A stretch of 64,000 nucleotides of DNA, taken from contig CAUTNK010000012.1 of the NCBI GenBank assembly GCA_963540065.1, forward strand, positions 15,660 through 79,659, given 5' to 3'. Numbering within the stretch: position 1 is the stretch's first letter; the number at the start of each line of letters is the position of its first letter. Shown here piece by piece: positions 26,349 to 36,622 of the stretch. This stretch comes from an uncultured Bacteroidia bacterium (GTDB taxonomy: Bacteria; Bacteroidota; Bacteroidia; Bacteroidales; CAJPTX01). Both the position numbers and the translations under genes were made by a program. The notes under the pieces were generated by a model. It worked only from the letters and a program-made list of their open reading frames with translations. It searched no databases and was not told the DNA's origin.

Positions 26349-27995
26349 ATGCCATTTCTAAAATTCCTACTCCTTATCTTCTTGCTCGGTCAGTTTGTAG
26401 TTTATGGTCAGGGTTTGCATCTGATGCGTCCCACAAAAAGCTATTTTGACAACGAAAGGCTGATTAACGATGCTAAATTGCTTGAGCTGGTACGTAGCGT
26501 TCGTTTTTATTATGTCGACTCGGTAAACGACAAGGAGTTAGTCGACAAAGCAATCACCGCCTTTTTGCAAGAACTGGATCCACACTCCTACTACATTCCA
26601 CGGGAGCAGAGCGATGAGGCTATGAGCGAGTTGGTGGGGCATTTCTTCGGTGTAGGGATTGAGTTTGCTATACAACGTGACACGCTGGTTGTAATGTCTG
26701 CCATACCCAATGCACCTGCCGAGCGAGTGGGGATCCGCGCGGGCGACAAATTTCTCACGGTAAATGGAGACCCCATTACAAACGTTAAGCTTACCAATCT
26801 TAAAGTCGCGAAACTACTCCGAGGTCCGAAAGGCACGCCAGTACAACTGGATGTACTGCGAAACAAAAAAGTCGAAAAATATACCGTAATACGAGACTCA
26901 ATCCCTGTAAATAGTGTCGATATCGCTTATATGATTCGTCCTACACTGGGTTACTTGCGTGTAACTCGTTTTGCCGAACCCACAGTACAAGAATTTTTGC
27001 AAGCCCTAGCTAAACTTAAGAAACAGGGGGCTACATCCTATATCCTCGATTTGCGGGGGAACGGAGGGGGGCTTATGCAAGCTGCTGTGTTGATGGCAAG
27101 TACCTTTTTACAGGAGGGAGCGATGGTTGTATATGCAAAAGGACGTAGGACAGGGAGGCAGGACTTCGAAGCGGTTAATGTCGCTGGCACACAGTATCTG
27201 AAAACGCCACTTGTGATCCTAGTAGATGAAAATTCAGCCTCCGCTAGCGAAATTGTTGCAGGCGCCCTACAAGATTGGGATCGCGCGCTAATTGTAGGTA
27301 GAAGAACTTATGGTAAAGGACTCGTACAAAATCAGTTCGCTTTCCCGGATAGCTCGCTCTATCGGATTACGGTGGCAAGGTACTATACGCCTTCCAATCG
27401 CTTGATACAGACACCCTACGAGTTGGGTGATAAAAGAGCCTATATTCAATCGTTTGTGAGGAGATACAAGAATGGCGAGCTCTTTCACAAGGATAGTGTA
27501 CACTTCCCCGATAGTCTTAAGTATGAAACCCTCCGAAACCACAGAACGGTTTACGGTGGCGGTGGCATTATGCCCGATCTCTTCATCCCTCTCGATACAG
27601 TTATGGCATCGAAATATGTCGCAGATCTCTTGCGTAATGGGCTTATACGCCAGTGGGTTATCGACTACGTCGGCGAGCATCGTGATGCATTGAAAAAGCG
27701 TTATCCTACATTTCAAACCTATCTCGACACCTTTACCCTTACCGAAGATGAGATAAAAGCACTCATTGACTATGCTGATAAAAATGGAGTGAAATTAAAA
27801 AAAGAGGCTACTCTTCAGCAAGCCGATTACGACGAACTACTCTGGTATGCAAAGGTCTTTTTTGCGCGTTCGATTTTCTCGTTCGAATACATGCACAGAG
27901 TCCTACACATTCGCGATGAAGAGGTGAAGTGCGCGGTAGATCTCCTCGAAAATTGGTCGCAAAAAGGGGAAAAACTATTAGAAGAAAATCATTGA
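26349..27995 (+). CDS. S41 carboxy-terminal processing peptidase with PDZ domain
   Basis: Signal peptide, PDZ (PAERVGIRAGDKFLTVNG), and S41 core (ILDLRGNGGG, NSASASEIVAGALQD, GRRTYGKG). Confidence 0.9.
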   Translation: MPFLKFLLLIFLLGQFVVYGQGLHLMRPTKSYFDNERLINDAKLLELVRSVRFYYVDSVNDKELVDKAITAFLQELDPHSYYIPREQSDEAMSELVGHFFGVGIEFAIQRDTLVVMSAIPNAPAERVGIRAGDKFLTVNGDPITNVKLTNLKVAKLLRGPKGTPVQLDVLRNKKVEKYTVIRDSIPVNSVDIAYMIRPTLGYLRVTRFAEPTVQEFLQALAKLKKQGATSYILDLRGNGGGLMQAAVLMASTFLQEGAMVVYAKGRRTGRQDFEAVNVAGTQYLKTPLVILVDENSASASEIVAGALQDWDRALIVGRRTYGKGLVQNQFAFPDSSLYRITVARYYTPSNRLIQTPYELGDKRAYIQSFVRRYKNGELFHKDSVHFPDSLKYETLRNHRTVYGGGGIMPDLFIPLDTVMASKYVADLLRNGLIRQWVIDYVGEHRDALKKRYPTFQTYLDTFTLTEDEIKALIDYADKNGVKLKKEATLQQADYDELLWYAKVFFARSIFSFEYMHRVLHIRDEEVKCAVDLLENWSQKGEKLLEENH

Positions 27996-28129
27996 TACAA
28001 TGCTACGATTGTAGATCTGTAACGAGATATGTCCGTTCACAAAATGCCCAATTTCTCGAATCTGTAGCATCTGAATTCAAGCAAAAAATAATTCACCCCC
28101 GCTTACTATTACCCATTACTACCTAACTT

Positions 28130-29755
28130 ATGGAAGTCTATTTTGAAGATTTAGGTCTCGCACCAGAATCCCTGAAAGCTATTGAAGCTAAAGGTTTTGA
28201 GATACCCTCGCCTATACAACGTTTAGCGATACCTGTCCTTTTGCAGGAGAGTTGCGATCTCATTGCACAAGCGCAAACAGGAACTGGGAAGACTGCCGCG
28301 TTCGGGCTCCCGATTCTCGAAAAGTTGGATCTTAACGATGAGCACACACAGGCTCTTATCTTAGCACCTACGCGCGAACTTGCTATACAGGTTACCGAGG
28401 AGTTGGGATCGCTAAAAGGCGCGCGGGCACTACATCTTCTCACAGTGTATGGCGGACAGTCGATCTCCGAACAGCAACGCCGCTTAAAAAGAGGAGTGCA
28501 GGTAGTGGTCGGAACCCCCGGACGTATATTAGATCTCTTGCGCAGAGGTGATCTAAACTTAGACTCCGTGCACTGGGTTGTACTCGACGAAGCTGATGAG
28601 ATGCTCAATATGGGCTTTATCGAAGACGTGGAACAGATCCTCGATAAGGTTACTGCCGAGCACCGTACCTGTCTCTTTTCTGCTACCATGCCAGAGCGGA
28701 TCGTCGACCTCTCAAAAAACTTTATGAAAGAGGTTAAGCGCATACAAATTGACAAGGAGCAAAAGACAACACACCTCGCAGATCAGATATACTTCGAAGT
28801 GCACGAAAACGATAAGTTCGACGCACTCACCCGAATTATAGATATCGAACCCGATTTTTATGGTCTCGTCTTCTGCCGTACGCGAACCGATGTCGATCAG
28901 CTGGCACTCTTTCTTCAAGAGCATGGTTATGCGGCAGAGGGCTTACACGGCGAAATCTCGCAAGTACAACGCGAAAAGACGCTCAACAAGTTCCGGAAAA
29001 GACTGATCAATATCCTTGTTGCTACCGATGTCGCAGCACGAGGTATCGACATTGCAAACCTTACACACGTTATTAATTACAGCTTGCCGCAAGATCCAGA
29101 GGCTTATGTGCATCGTGTCGGACGTACCGGAAGAGCTGGAAAAGAAGGCACAGCAATTACCTTTGTGAGCCCATCCGAATACCGCCGATTGTTATACTTC
29201 CAGAAAAGTATCAAGTTTACTATCCGTAAAGAGACTCTACCTAACCCCCAGGACGTGGTGGAGGTTAAGAGACAGCTCATTAAAGATGAGTTGCGAGAAG
29301 TGGTTGAAAACGAGCAATTCCGAGATTATCTGGATATCTCCACGGAGTTACTCAACGAATTCCAACCCGAGGTAGCACTTGCAGCTCTTTTCAGAATGGC
29401 ATATAAAAACGAGTTGGATGTAACCTCCTATCAGGAAATTCGTGGCTTCCACGTCGAACGCAGAGGTACTACTCGTCTCTTCCTAGCGCTCGGTAAGAAT
29501 GACGGTTACAATGCTAAAAAGCTTACCGAATATATCTGCCAACATGCAGATATCTATTCCCGAGAATTGGACGACGTCCTAGTGCTAGAAGATTTTTCGT
29601 TTGTGACTGTCTCCTACGAAAAGGGCAAAGAACTCCTTAAAGCTTTTGCTAAAGAACGTACGAATGATGGCAAACCTATGCTTTCAAAAGCAAAAGATCG
29701 TCCTGCCAAAAAGAACGAACCTACTAACGCTAAACGGAGCCGTCGGAAAAAATAG
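28130..29755 (+). CDS. DEAD-box ATP-dependent RNA helicase (DeaD/CsdA-like, with basic C-terminal extension)
   Basis: Q motif (GFEIPSPIQ), AQTGTGKT, PTRELA, DEAD, SAT and HRVGRTGRAG. Confidence 0.95.
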   Translation: MEVYFEDLGLAPESLKAIEAKGFEIPSPIQRLAIPVLLQESCDLIAQAQTGTGKTAAFGLPILEKLDLNDEHTQALILAPTRELAIQVTEELGSLKGARALHLLTVYGGQSISEQQRRLKRGVQVVVGTPGRILDLLRRGDLNLDSVHWVVLDEADEMLNMGFIEDVEQILDKVTAEHRTCLFSATMPERIVDLSKNFMKEVKRIQIDKEQKTTHLADQIYFEVHENDKFDALTRIIDIEPDFYGLVFCRTRTDVDQLALFLQEHGYAAEGLHGEISQVQREKTLNKFRKRLINILVATDVAARGIDIANLTHVINYSLPQDPEAYVHRVGRTGRAGKEGTAITFVSPSEYRRLLYFQKSIKFTIRKETLPNPQDVVEVKRQLIKDELREVVENEQFRDYLDISTELLNEFQPEVALAALFRMAYKNELDVTSYQEIRGFHVERRGTTRLFLALGKNDGYNAKKLTEYICQHADIYSRELDDVLVLEDFSFVTVSYEKGKELLKAFAKERTNDGKPMLSKAKDRPAKKNEPTNAKRSRRKK

Positions 29756-29769
29756 CGATCGAAAATAAA

Positions 29770-30942
29770 ATGCAACCACAATCCGAGCAATATATCGCAA
29801 AAACCTTACAAGGCTTAGAACCCGTCCTCGCACAAGAGTTAGCCGATTTGGGAGCCCAGAATATTCAGCAAGAGTGCCGCATGGTGCGCTTCGAGGGCGA
29901 TAAGCGACTCCTCTATATGGCAAATTTCCATTGTCGAACTGCCTTGCGTATCCTAAAACCCATCGCAACCTTTCAGGCGCAAAATACCGATCAACTCTAC
30001 CAACAAGCTATTAATTTCGACTGGGATACGATTCTAACCCTCACGCAGCATTTTGCCATAGATACGGTCGTAAATTCGTCAGAATTCCGCGATTCGCGCT
30101 ATGCCACCTACAGGCTTAAAGATGCTATTGTAGATTACTTCCGTGCGCACTACGGCAAACGTCCTTTTGTGGATTCCGAAAATCCCCAAGTACGGATCCA
30201 TTTGCATATTAAGGATGATACCTGCGATTTGTTGTTAGACTCCTCGGGCGAGTCCTTGCATAAGCGTGGTTACCGTGTTGCGCAGGATGTCGCGCCATTG
30301 AACGAGGTCTTGGCAGCTGGAATGATCCTCCTCAGTGGTTGGAATACAGAAGACCCCTTTTTGGATCCAATGTGCGGTTCGGCAACCCTACTCATCGAAG
30401 CAGCTATGATTGCGCATGGTATCGCGCCGGGTATCTTTCGCAAGCACTTTGCCTTTGAGTATTGGTCGGATTACGATCCCGAACTAATGTCTGAAATATT
30501 CAACGACGATTCGAGAGAAAAAGAGTGCGATACCCTTATCCTCGGTTCCGATATCTCAGGAAAAGCCCTAGAAGCGGCAGCTGCAAATATACGCTCTGCA
30601 GGACTCAATAAACAGATTAAACTAAAAAAGGAATCTATTTTTGACTTTCAATCCCTTATGATTCCAGGGCATGTGGTCACTAATCCCCCTTATGGTGAAC
30701 GTCTGAAGCAATTCCAATTAGACAGATTCTATTCGCAACTCGGAGATATCTTTAAAACGAAATTCCAAGGTTGGGAGGTCTGGTTGCTAGCCGGAAATCG
30801 AGTAGCTATGAAAAGTTTCGGCTTGCATCCATCACGTACCATAACACTCTACAACGGTCCGATAGAATGTAAGTTCCAACGATTTAATATCTATGCGGGG
30901 AGTCTGAAAAATCAAACCAAAGAGGAGCCTACCTGCAATTAA
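29770..30942 (+). CDS. THUMP-domain class I SAM-dependent RNA methyltransferase (RlmL/RlmK N-half-like)
   Basis: N-terminal THUMP-like region, then DPMCGSATLLIEAA and VVTNPPYGERL. Confidence 0.8.
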   Translation: MQPQSEQYIAKTLQGLEPVLAQELADLGAQNIQQECRMVRFEGDKRLLYMANFHCRTALRILKPIATFQAQNTDQLYQQAINFDWDTILTLTQHFAIDTVVNSSEFRDSRYATYRLKDAIVDYFRAHYGKRPFVDSENPQVRIHLHIKDDTCDLLLDSSGESLHKRGYRVAQDVAPLNEVLAAGMILLSGWNTEDPFLDPMCGSATLLIEAAMIAHGIAPGIFRKHFAFEYWSDYDPELMSEIFNDDSREKECDTLILGSDISGKALEAAAANIRSAGLNKQIKLKKESIFDFQSLMIPGHVVTNPPYGERLKQFQLDRFYSQLGDIFKTKFQGWEVWLLAGNRVAMKSFGLHPSRTITLYNGPIECKFQRFNIYAGSLKNQTKEEPTCN

Positions 30943-30999
30943 ACTTATTTGCGTTTGTAGATATTCATAGTCTTTATTCAGAAATCTGCTCGTGGTTCG

Positions 31000-32259
31000 A
31001 TGCGTATATTCCTCTTTACGTTATACTATCCGTTGGCAGAAGTAAACGAAATCTTTTTAGAAGAGGAGTTGCGTTGTGCTGCGGAAATAGATGCGATTGA
31101 TATAACCGTAGTCCCTTTCAAACAACGTAAAAACGAGTTGCGCACCATACCCTCGCAGTTTACCCTAGATACGACGATTACACGTCGGATTGCGCATTTT
31201 TCGTTGCGGACGATTTGTAAGATACTCTGCAGGGCTGTATTCTGGCGATTTTTTGTCGTAGACCTAATTCCCGACCTATTCAGACACGCTCGCTTACCGA
31301 AAAAACTAATAGCCCGCTTCTTACGTGCACTCTATATTTCCGATTACCTGATCGCACAATATAGGCTACACAAATCGACTACCAATTTTGTTTGTTATAG
31401 TTATTGGTGCGACGAAGCTGTCTCTGGCTTCTATCTCGCTCAGCAACGTGAACCTGACCTAGCAAAATGCTTGAAAATAGCCCGCCTGCATAGATGGGAG
31501 ATCCGCGAACCCAGCTATCTTTTCCCCTTTCGTAGCAAAGCGCTAGGTGTATTGGATTATATCCTAGCCGTTAGCCATCAGGGGCGCGACGAATTTTGCC
31601 AACACTACCCAGCTTTAGCGCAACGAATCAGTTGCTTTTACCTTGGGGTGGCAGAGGTTGCTCCAGCGCGCCAACAATTTACTCATATCAGCGAGTGCTT
31701 GGAATTTGTGAGTTGTTCCATCCTACGCCCAGTAAAACGCGTCAATCTGATCTACGAGCTACTAGTTGCGTATGCTGAGCAGTTCCCCGCTCGCACCTTT
31801 CATTGGGTGCATTTCGGTGGTGGAGATGCGCTAAATACCTTGCGTTCGCAGGTAAAGCATGCGCCACACAATCTGCGAGTAGAACTGCGTGGTGCTACAG
31901 ACAACACGATAGTGCGCAACTATTTACGTACGGCTAATGCTGCTATCTTCCTGAATATGAGCGAACACGAGGGATTGCCGATCTCTATTCAAGAAGCGCT
32001 TTCTGCCTCCATGCCAGTGATTGCTACACGAGCAGGAGGAACTCCCGAAGCTGTAGATAATACTACGGGAGCGCTACTCTCCTTACATCCGACGGCAACC
32101 GATTTTTCAGAAGCAGTACAGCAAATTGAGACCGATTATCTGACCTATGCTCACGCTGCGCGAAAACGATTTGAAGATCGCTTCCAAAGCAAGGAAAACT
32201 TCCGGAAGTTCTATACTTTCCTACAAATAGCCCTCGACGAAAAACAACAGATCTCCTGA
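31000..32259 (+). CDS. GT4-family glycosyltransferase
   Basis: C-terminal GT-B motif SEHEGLPISIQEALSASMPVIATRAGGTPEAV. Confidence 0.75.
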   Translation: MRIFLFTLYYPLAEVNEIFLEEELRCAAEIDAIDITVVPFKQRKNELRTIPSQFTLDTTITRRIAHFSLRTICKILCRAVFWRFFVVDLIPDLFRHARLPKKLIARFLRALYISDYLIAQYRLHKSTTNFVCYSYWCDEAVSGFYLAQQREPDLAKCLKIARLHRWEIREPSYLFPFRSKALGVLDYILAVSHQGRDEFCQHYPALAQRISCFYLGVAEVAPARQQFTHISECLEFVSCSILRPVKRVNLIYELLVAYAEQFPARTFHWVHFGGGDALNTLRSQVKHAPHNLRVELRGATDNTIVRNYLRTANAAIFLNMSEHEGLPISIQEALSASMPVIATRAGGTPEAVDNTTGALLSLHPTATDFSEAVQQIETDYLTYAHAARKRFEDRFQSKENFRKFYTFLQIALDEKQQIS

Positions 32260-32294
32260 AAACCCTAGCCACGTCACTCCCCAACCTGCATCTT

Positions 32295-33194
32295 ATGCAG
32301 ACGTGCAAGCTCTGCTACCATCACTGTGCAGTGGACAGAGCGCGTGTAAAAGGACGTTGTGCTCTCGACGAAAAACTCTACGTTGCCCATCTTGGTAAAC
32401 ATATGGGTGAGGAACCAGCGCTAGGAGGCGAGAACGGCGTCTGTAACGTATTTTTCGCACACTGCAATCTGCGTTGCCAGTTTTGCCAAAATTTCCAAAT
32501 CAGTGCCCACTCTGCCAACCTAACACATACCATTCAAAACTTCGAAGAGATCCTTGAAAAAATCATAGCAGTACTACAAACCGGATGCACTGCTCTAGGG
32601 CTTGTATCGCCCACACCCTACATTCCTTACATCCCACCTTTAGTGGAGGCTATTCACCAACGAGGCTTCTATCCAACCGTGATTTACAATACCAATGCCT
32701 ACGACACTCCACAAGCCTTAGATCTTCTGAAAGGTTGTGTAGACGTCTATTTGCCCGATTATAAGTACAGCAATGACGAGCTTGCACGGCGACTTTCTGC
32801 TGCCCCCAATTACCCCGAACTCGCCCTGAATGCTATTGATGCTATGATTCAACAAGTCGGTAAAGAGCTACAATACACTCCCGACGGACGAGTAACAAAA
32901 GGTGTGATTATCAGACATCTGGTGCTACCCAACCACATAGAAAATTCGCGAGCAGCACTTTTTAACCTTTGGACGGAGTTCGGAAATAAGCTCACAATTT
33001 CCCTCATGAGCCAATACACCCCGCTTTATGCCGCACAAAAAGATCCCCTACTCAACCGAAAAATTACCCCAGAAGAATACCAAGAAGTTGTCGATTTTAT
33101 GTACGCTCTCGGATTCACAAACGGTTGGTACCAAGACCTCGAAAGTGGCGATTGCTATATACCTAATTTCGATCTGGACTCCCCATTCGCATAG
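32295..33194 (+). CDS. Radical SAM protein (PflX/activase-like)
   Basis: CNLRCQFCQN (CxxxCxxC) cluster motif at about aa 57. Confidence 0.8.
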   Translation: MQTCKLCYHHCAVDRARVKGRCALDEKLYVAHLGKHMGEEPALGGENGVCNVFFAHCNLRCQFCQNFQISAHSANLTHTIQNFEEILEKIIAVLQTGCTALGLVSPTPYIPYIPPLVEAIHQRGFYPTVIYNTNAYDTPQALDLLKGCVDVYLPDYKYSNDELARRLSAAPNYPELALNAIDAMIQQVGKELQYTPDGRVTKGVIIRHLVLPNHIENSRAALFNLWTEFGNKLTISLMSQYTPLYAAQKDPLLNRKITPEEYQEVVDFMYALGFTNGWYQDLESGDCYIPNFDLDSPFA

Positions 33195-33282
33195 TTCTTA
33201 TTGCACGAACCTCGGATTACCAGATTGTTGTTTGTAACAACTTTTCAAAATCAACGTTTTAGCTTACAAACAAAGTCAAATA

Positions 33283-35001
33283 ATGAATTTATCCAATTTG
33301 AAAACGAAGACGAAACTCAACCTCTGCGTCCTCGCGATGGTGGCGAGTTTCCTGATAGGCTCAGTATATATGTTGTATCAGATACAACGGATCGCCAGAG
33401 CCGGTGATGCTATGGCAATTGCAAATAGTGCAGAAGCTTATTACTCGCGAGCAAGACTCCTTTTACGTGAATATACGATTGCTTTCAACGAAACCGCATA
33501 TAAAACAGGGCACCTCTACCTCGATAGTATGAAAAGCAAATTGGACGAGCTGGATCGTTCGCTCGCTAACTCAAGAAATACTGAAATTCTTGAGAGCCTT
33601 AAGCTCCTCACGGAGAATATGCAGGACTATTCTCAGTGTTCCGAAGAGCTTTTTGCCTTTGCTGCCGACGTTACAAAATCTGTTAACCTAACCCAAGAAG
33701 CTATAGAGCGATATATGCAGCTTGTGATGGGCGATCCCTCATTGTCTAACGAAATTACCTCGCTATCCTTCTTAGCGGCTCGCGACGGTATCCTTTGTTT
33801 AGAACGCCGCGATATACCTACTCTCGAAAAGGCGCTCGCACGGATGGACGTCTTGCAAAAGAAGAATCTGCCTACGAGTCTTGCAGATGCGCTGCTAGTT
33901 CTCAAATCCGATATTACAACAGTACGCGAACAGGGCACTGCCGTCCTCGCTACCATTCAAAAAGCGGGAGTTAAGACCGACAAAATCGTTCAGCATTTCG
34001 ACGTCATGCTACAGCAGTTTGTCGCCCTGCATAACTCTGTTGAACGGAATGCCCTAATATTCAGTTTGGTTTTCTTATTGGCAATATTAGCTGTAGCTCT
34101 CATCGCATCGCAAATGGTGGGCAATTTCGTGGTCAGACAGTTGCATCGCATTTTAAGCCTGTTGCAAAAGTGTGCCCAGGGCGACTTTACGTTCAAAATC
34201 GGTATGAACGACCGAGTATACAACGACGAGTTCGGCGAACTAACCATTGCCCTAGACGTCATGATCGAAAAGATTCGCGAAACTATCCACGAAATACAAA
34301 CAGGTGCTGCGAATGTAGCAGATGCTAGTGGACAGCTCAGTGCCGCCTCACAGCGTATCTCCCAAGGTACCAACGATCAATCGGCCAGTACCGAAGAGGT
34401 GAGTAGCGCCATGGAGGAAATGTATGCGAACATCGACCAAAACTCCGACGGAGCCGTACAAGCGAACGGATTGGCAAGGATGATGGAGCAACACATTGCC
34501 GAGTTAAGCGATAAAGTGGGTGAGTCCATGACCTCCGTACAAGCTATCCACGAAAAAATATCCATCGTTAGCGAAATCGCACGACAAACCAATATCCTCG
34601 CCTTAAATGCAGCTGTAGAAGCGGCACGTGCTGGCGAACACGGAAAAGGATTCTCTGTTGTCGCCTCCGAAGTCAGAAAACTTGCAGAACGGAGTCGAGA
34701 CTCGGCGCGCGAAATTTCCGACCTATCCATGCACTCGCTATCTACTACTGAAACTGCAGTAAAGAACCTTAAGAGCGTCTTGCCCGATGTGCATAAAACG
34801 GCTCACTTGGTCGAAGAAATAGCTACCGCTAGCACTGAACAGAAATCCGGCGTCGATCAGATCAATGTCGCGATACAAGCTCTTAACGACGTGGTTCAGT
34901 CTAATGCAGCTTCCTCCGAAGAGCTCGCTACCAGCGCTGAAGAACTCAATGCACAAGCTGATCTCCTGCGCGATGCTACTCGCTTCTTCCGTATTGCTTA
35001 G
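33283..35001 (+). CDS. Methyl-accepting chemotaxis protein (two TM helices, helical sensor domain, HAMP, MCP signalling domain)
   Basis: Highly conserved hairpin-tip signature [45 protein letters not shown]-like [19 protein letters not shown]1 [19 protein letters not shown]; TM2 [22 protein letters not shown]. Confidence 0.9.
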   Translation: MNLSNLKTKTKLNLCVLAMVASFLIGSVYMLYQIQRIARAGDAMAIANSAEAYYSRARLLLREYTIAFNETAYKTGHLYLDSMKSKLDELDRSLANSRNTEILESLKLLTENMQDYSQCSEELFAFAADVTKSVNLTQEAIERYMQLVMGDPSLSNEITSLSFLAARDGILCLERRDIPTLEKALARMDVLQKKNLPTSLADALLVLKSDITTVREQGTAVLATIQKAGVKTDKIVQHFDVMLQQFVALHNSVERNALIFSLVFLLAILAVALIASQMVGNFVVRQLHRILSLLQKCAQGDFTFKIGMNDRVYNDEFGELTIALDVMIEKIRETIHEIQTGAANVADASGQLSAASQRISQGTNDQSASTEEVSSAMEEMYANIDQNSDGAVQANGLARMMEQHIAELSDKVGESMTSVQAIHEKISIVSEIARQTNILALNAAVEAARAGEHGKGFSVVASEVRKLAERSRDSAREISDLSMHSLSTTETAVKNLKSVLPDVHKTAHLVEEIATASTEQKSGVDQINVAIQALNDVVQSNAASSEELATSAEELNAQADLLRDATRFFRIA

Positions 35002-35031
35002 TATTTAATATAAACTACTCTACGATCCCGT

Positions 35032-35080
35032 GAGCGGAGGGAGAGGCTTTATAGTCCTTGCCCTCCGCTCTGTTTGTCTT
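35032..35080 (+). terminator. Rho-independent terminator after the MCP gene
   Basis: 10-bp GC-rich stem gagcggaggg (35032-35041) / ccctccgctc (35061-35070), followed by tgtttgtctt. Confidence 0.6.
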
Positions 35081-35119
35081 CTGCAAGCACTGGAATGCCT
35101 GAAAATCTAAAAAACATGC

Positions 35120-35127
35120 TACTTTTG
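35120..35127 (+). promoter_or_regulatory. Bacteroidota-type -7 promoter box (TAnnTTTG)
   Basis: TACTTTTG lies 27 nt upstream of the ATG at 35154. Confidence 0.45.
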
Positions 35128-35153
35128 TATAGTTATCTACGGGGAAGAGGGGC

Positions 35154-35558
35154 ATGGCTACTATTCAGGTTCTCTATACAGGCGACTATACTACCCAAAC
35201 CACACACAGTGCGGGGAATACTATACTCACGCACACCCATTTGCAAGAAGGCGAAGAACCCAAAGCATACACACCCATGCAGTTACTCGCGGTTGCGGCT
35301 GCATCGTGTACGCTGAGCAGTATCGGCGTTGTTGCAAAAATACACGGAATACCGGTCGACGGCATGAAAGCCACCGTAGACTTCTCCCTACATACCAAAC
35401 CATCGCGCCTCGATACAATCAACATAACCATCGACTTCACAAACCATACCTACGACGACAGACAGAAAAAGTTCCTACGACTCGCTACACAGCACTGTAC
35501 CGTTATGCAGAGTCTTGCTCCAGAAGTTCAGAAAAATATCGAGTTCTTATTCGCCTAA
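35154..35558 (+). CDS. OsmC/Ohr-family protein
   Basis: 134 aa. PMQLLAVAAASCTLSSIGVVAKIHGI and a second Cys in ATQHCTVMQSL, typical of the OsmC fold. Confidence 0.7.
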   Translation: MATIQVLYTGDYTTQTTHSAGNTILTHTHLQEGEEPKAYTPMQLLAVAAASCTLSSIGVVAKIHGIPVDGMKATVDFSLHTKPSRLDTINITIDFTNHTYDDRQKKFLRLATQHCTVMQSLAPEVQKNIEFLFA

Positions 35559-35575
35559 CTATACACAAAACGGAC

Positions 35576-35947
35576 ATGGGAAAAGGAAATGAGATTGTTG
35601 CCACCGCTAATAATGTTAGTCTGATTAGTGCGGGTACCGAAATTCGTGGCGATATAGATTGCGCTGGCGACTTAAGAATTGATGGGGCGGTAATAGGTAC
35701 GTTGAGTGTAAGAGGCAAAGTGGTCATCGGTGAAGCCGGAAGGGTGGAAGGCGATCTGCAATGCAAGAATAGCGACGTAGCAGGATTCTTTAACGGAACT
35801 ATGAAGGTCGGCGAACTCCTAACCTTAAAAAGCTCAGCAAAACTCTACGGAGAGGTCGCTACGCAGCGCTTAGGCATCGAACCCGGAGCTATCTTTACCG
35901 GTACCTGCCAAATGGGTACACCCGATACTACAACTACCGAAAACTAA
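35576..35947 (+). CDS. Bactofilin (polymer-forming cytoskeletal protein, DUF583)
   Basis: MGKGNE...ISAGTEIRGDIDCAGDLRIDGAVIGTLSVRGKVVIGEAGRVEGDLQCKNSDVAGFFNGTMKVGELLTLKSSAKLYGEV. The start is taken at the internal ATG at 35576, in frame with track ORF 35306..35947. Confidence 0.8.
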   Translation: MGKGNEIVATANNVSLISAGTEIRGDIDCAGDLRIDGAVIGTLSVRGKVVIGEAGRVEGDLQCKNSDVAGFFNGTMKVGELLTLKSSAKLYGEVATQRLGIEPGAIFTGTCQMGTPDTTTTEN

Positions 35948-36236
35948 TAGTTGCTATTTCCGTACTATTCGCAACTACGCTCACGGGCTTAGTGGTACAA
36001 CGATTGCAATAATCCGCCCTCCTTTTCGGTAGAGACCAGACGGAATACTTAGCTTCACACGCCCTCTCTTGCGGTCGGTACTCCGGTTCTTGCTTTCACC
36101 CCCCAAAAAAAACACTTTACGCTTTTTTGTTAACGCCCAAGATACAACCCAACACCACCTTTTCTTTCTATCTGATGCATTGCGATAATCTTTCAGACAA
36201 ATCCGATTTACTGTTATTTAAACTCGTCTAGAAAAA

Positions 36237-36599
36237 ATGCCTTTCCACCGTTATGTTTGGGTTTCTGCTGTTCTCTTAGCCATAGCCGCACTAATTTTTG
36301 GGGCAGCGCTGGCATTCGGATTCCTCGGAGGCTATTTTTATGCATACCCCATCATCCCTCTTTATTTTTACGCCATGGGGCTGCTGGGAGTTTATGCTAT
36401 GCGACGCCTCATGGCTGGCGAGAAACGACGATTTGCAGCTCGATTCCTATTGATTACCGTCGGAAAACTTATCATCAATATCCTCTTTGTCTTGTGCTGT
36501 TTGTGGCTACTAGCCCCCGAACACAGGTTGGCATTGGTACTTACGGCCCTTTTATGCTACCTGCTTACCTTGTTGCTCTCGGTACGCTACATTAAATAG
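36237..36599 (+). CDS. Small integral membrane protein, unknown function
   Basis: Four hydrophobic helices ([24 protein letters not shown], etc.). Preferred over the overlapping alternative frame 36257..36595. Confidence 0.5.
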   Translation: MPFHRYVWVSAVLLAIAALIFGAALAFGFLGGYFYAYPIIPLYFYAMGLLGVYAMRRLMAGEKRRFAARFLLITVGKLIINILFVLCCLWLLAPEHRLALVLTALLCYLLTLLLSVRYIK

Positions 36600-36622
36600 T
36601 ACTTTGCTTGGGAGATCAAAAT

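Noticed and set aside
29770-30942. Fourth NPPY methyltransferase counted as a DNA methyltransferase / part of a restriction-modification system
   Set aside because: The N-terminal THUMP-like domain and the DPMCGSATLLIEAA/NPPYGERL layout match RlmL/RlmK-type rRNA m2G methyltransferases, not DNA methyltransferases.
35306-35575. N-terminal 90 codons of track ORF 35306..35947
   Set aside because: This part overlaps the OsmC-like gene in another frame and has an Arg/His/Tyr-rich nonsense-like composition. The bactofilin homology starts at MGKGNE (35576).
36257-36595. Alternative-frame 112-aa ORF overlapping 36237..36599
   Set aside because: Its product is Arg/Pro/Cys-rich with no features. The other frame gives four clean TM helices.
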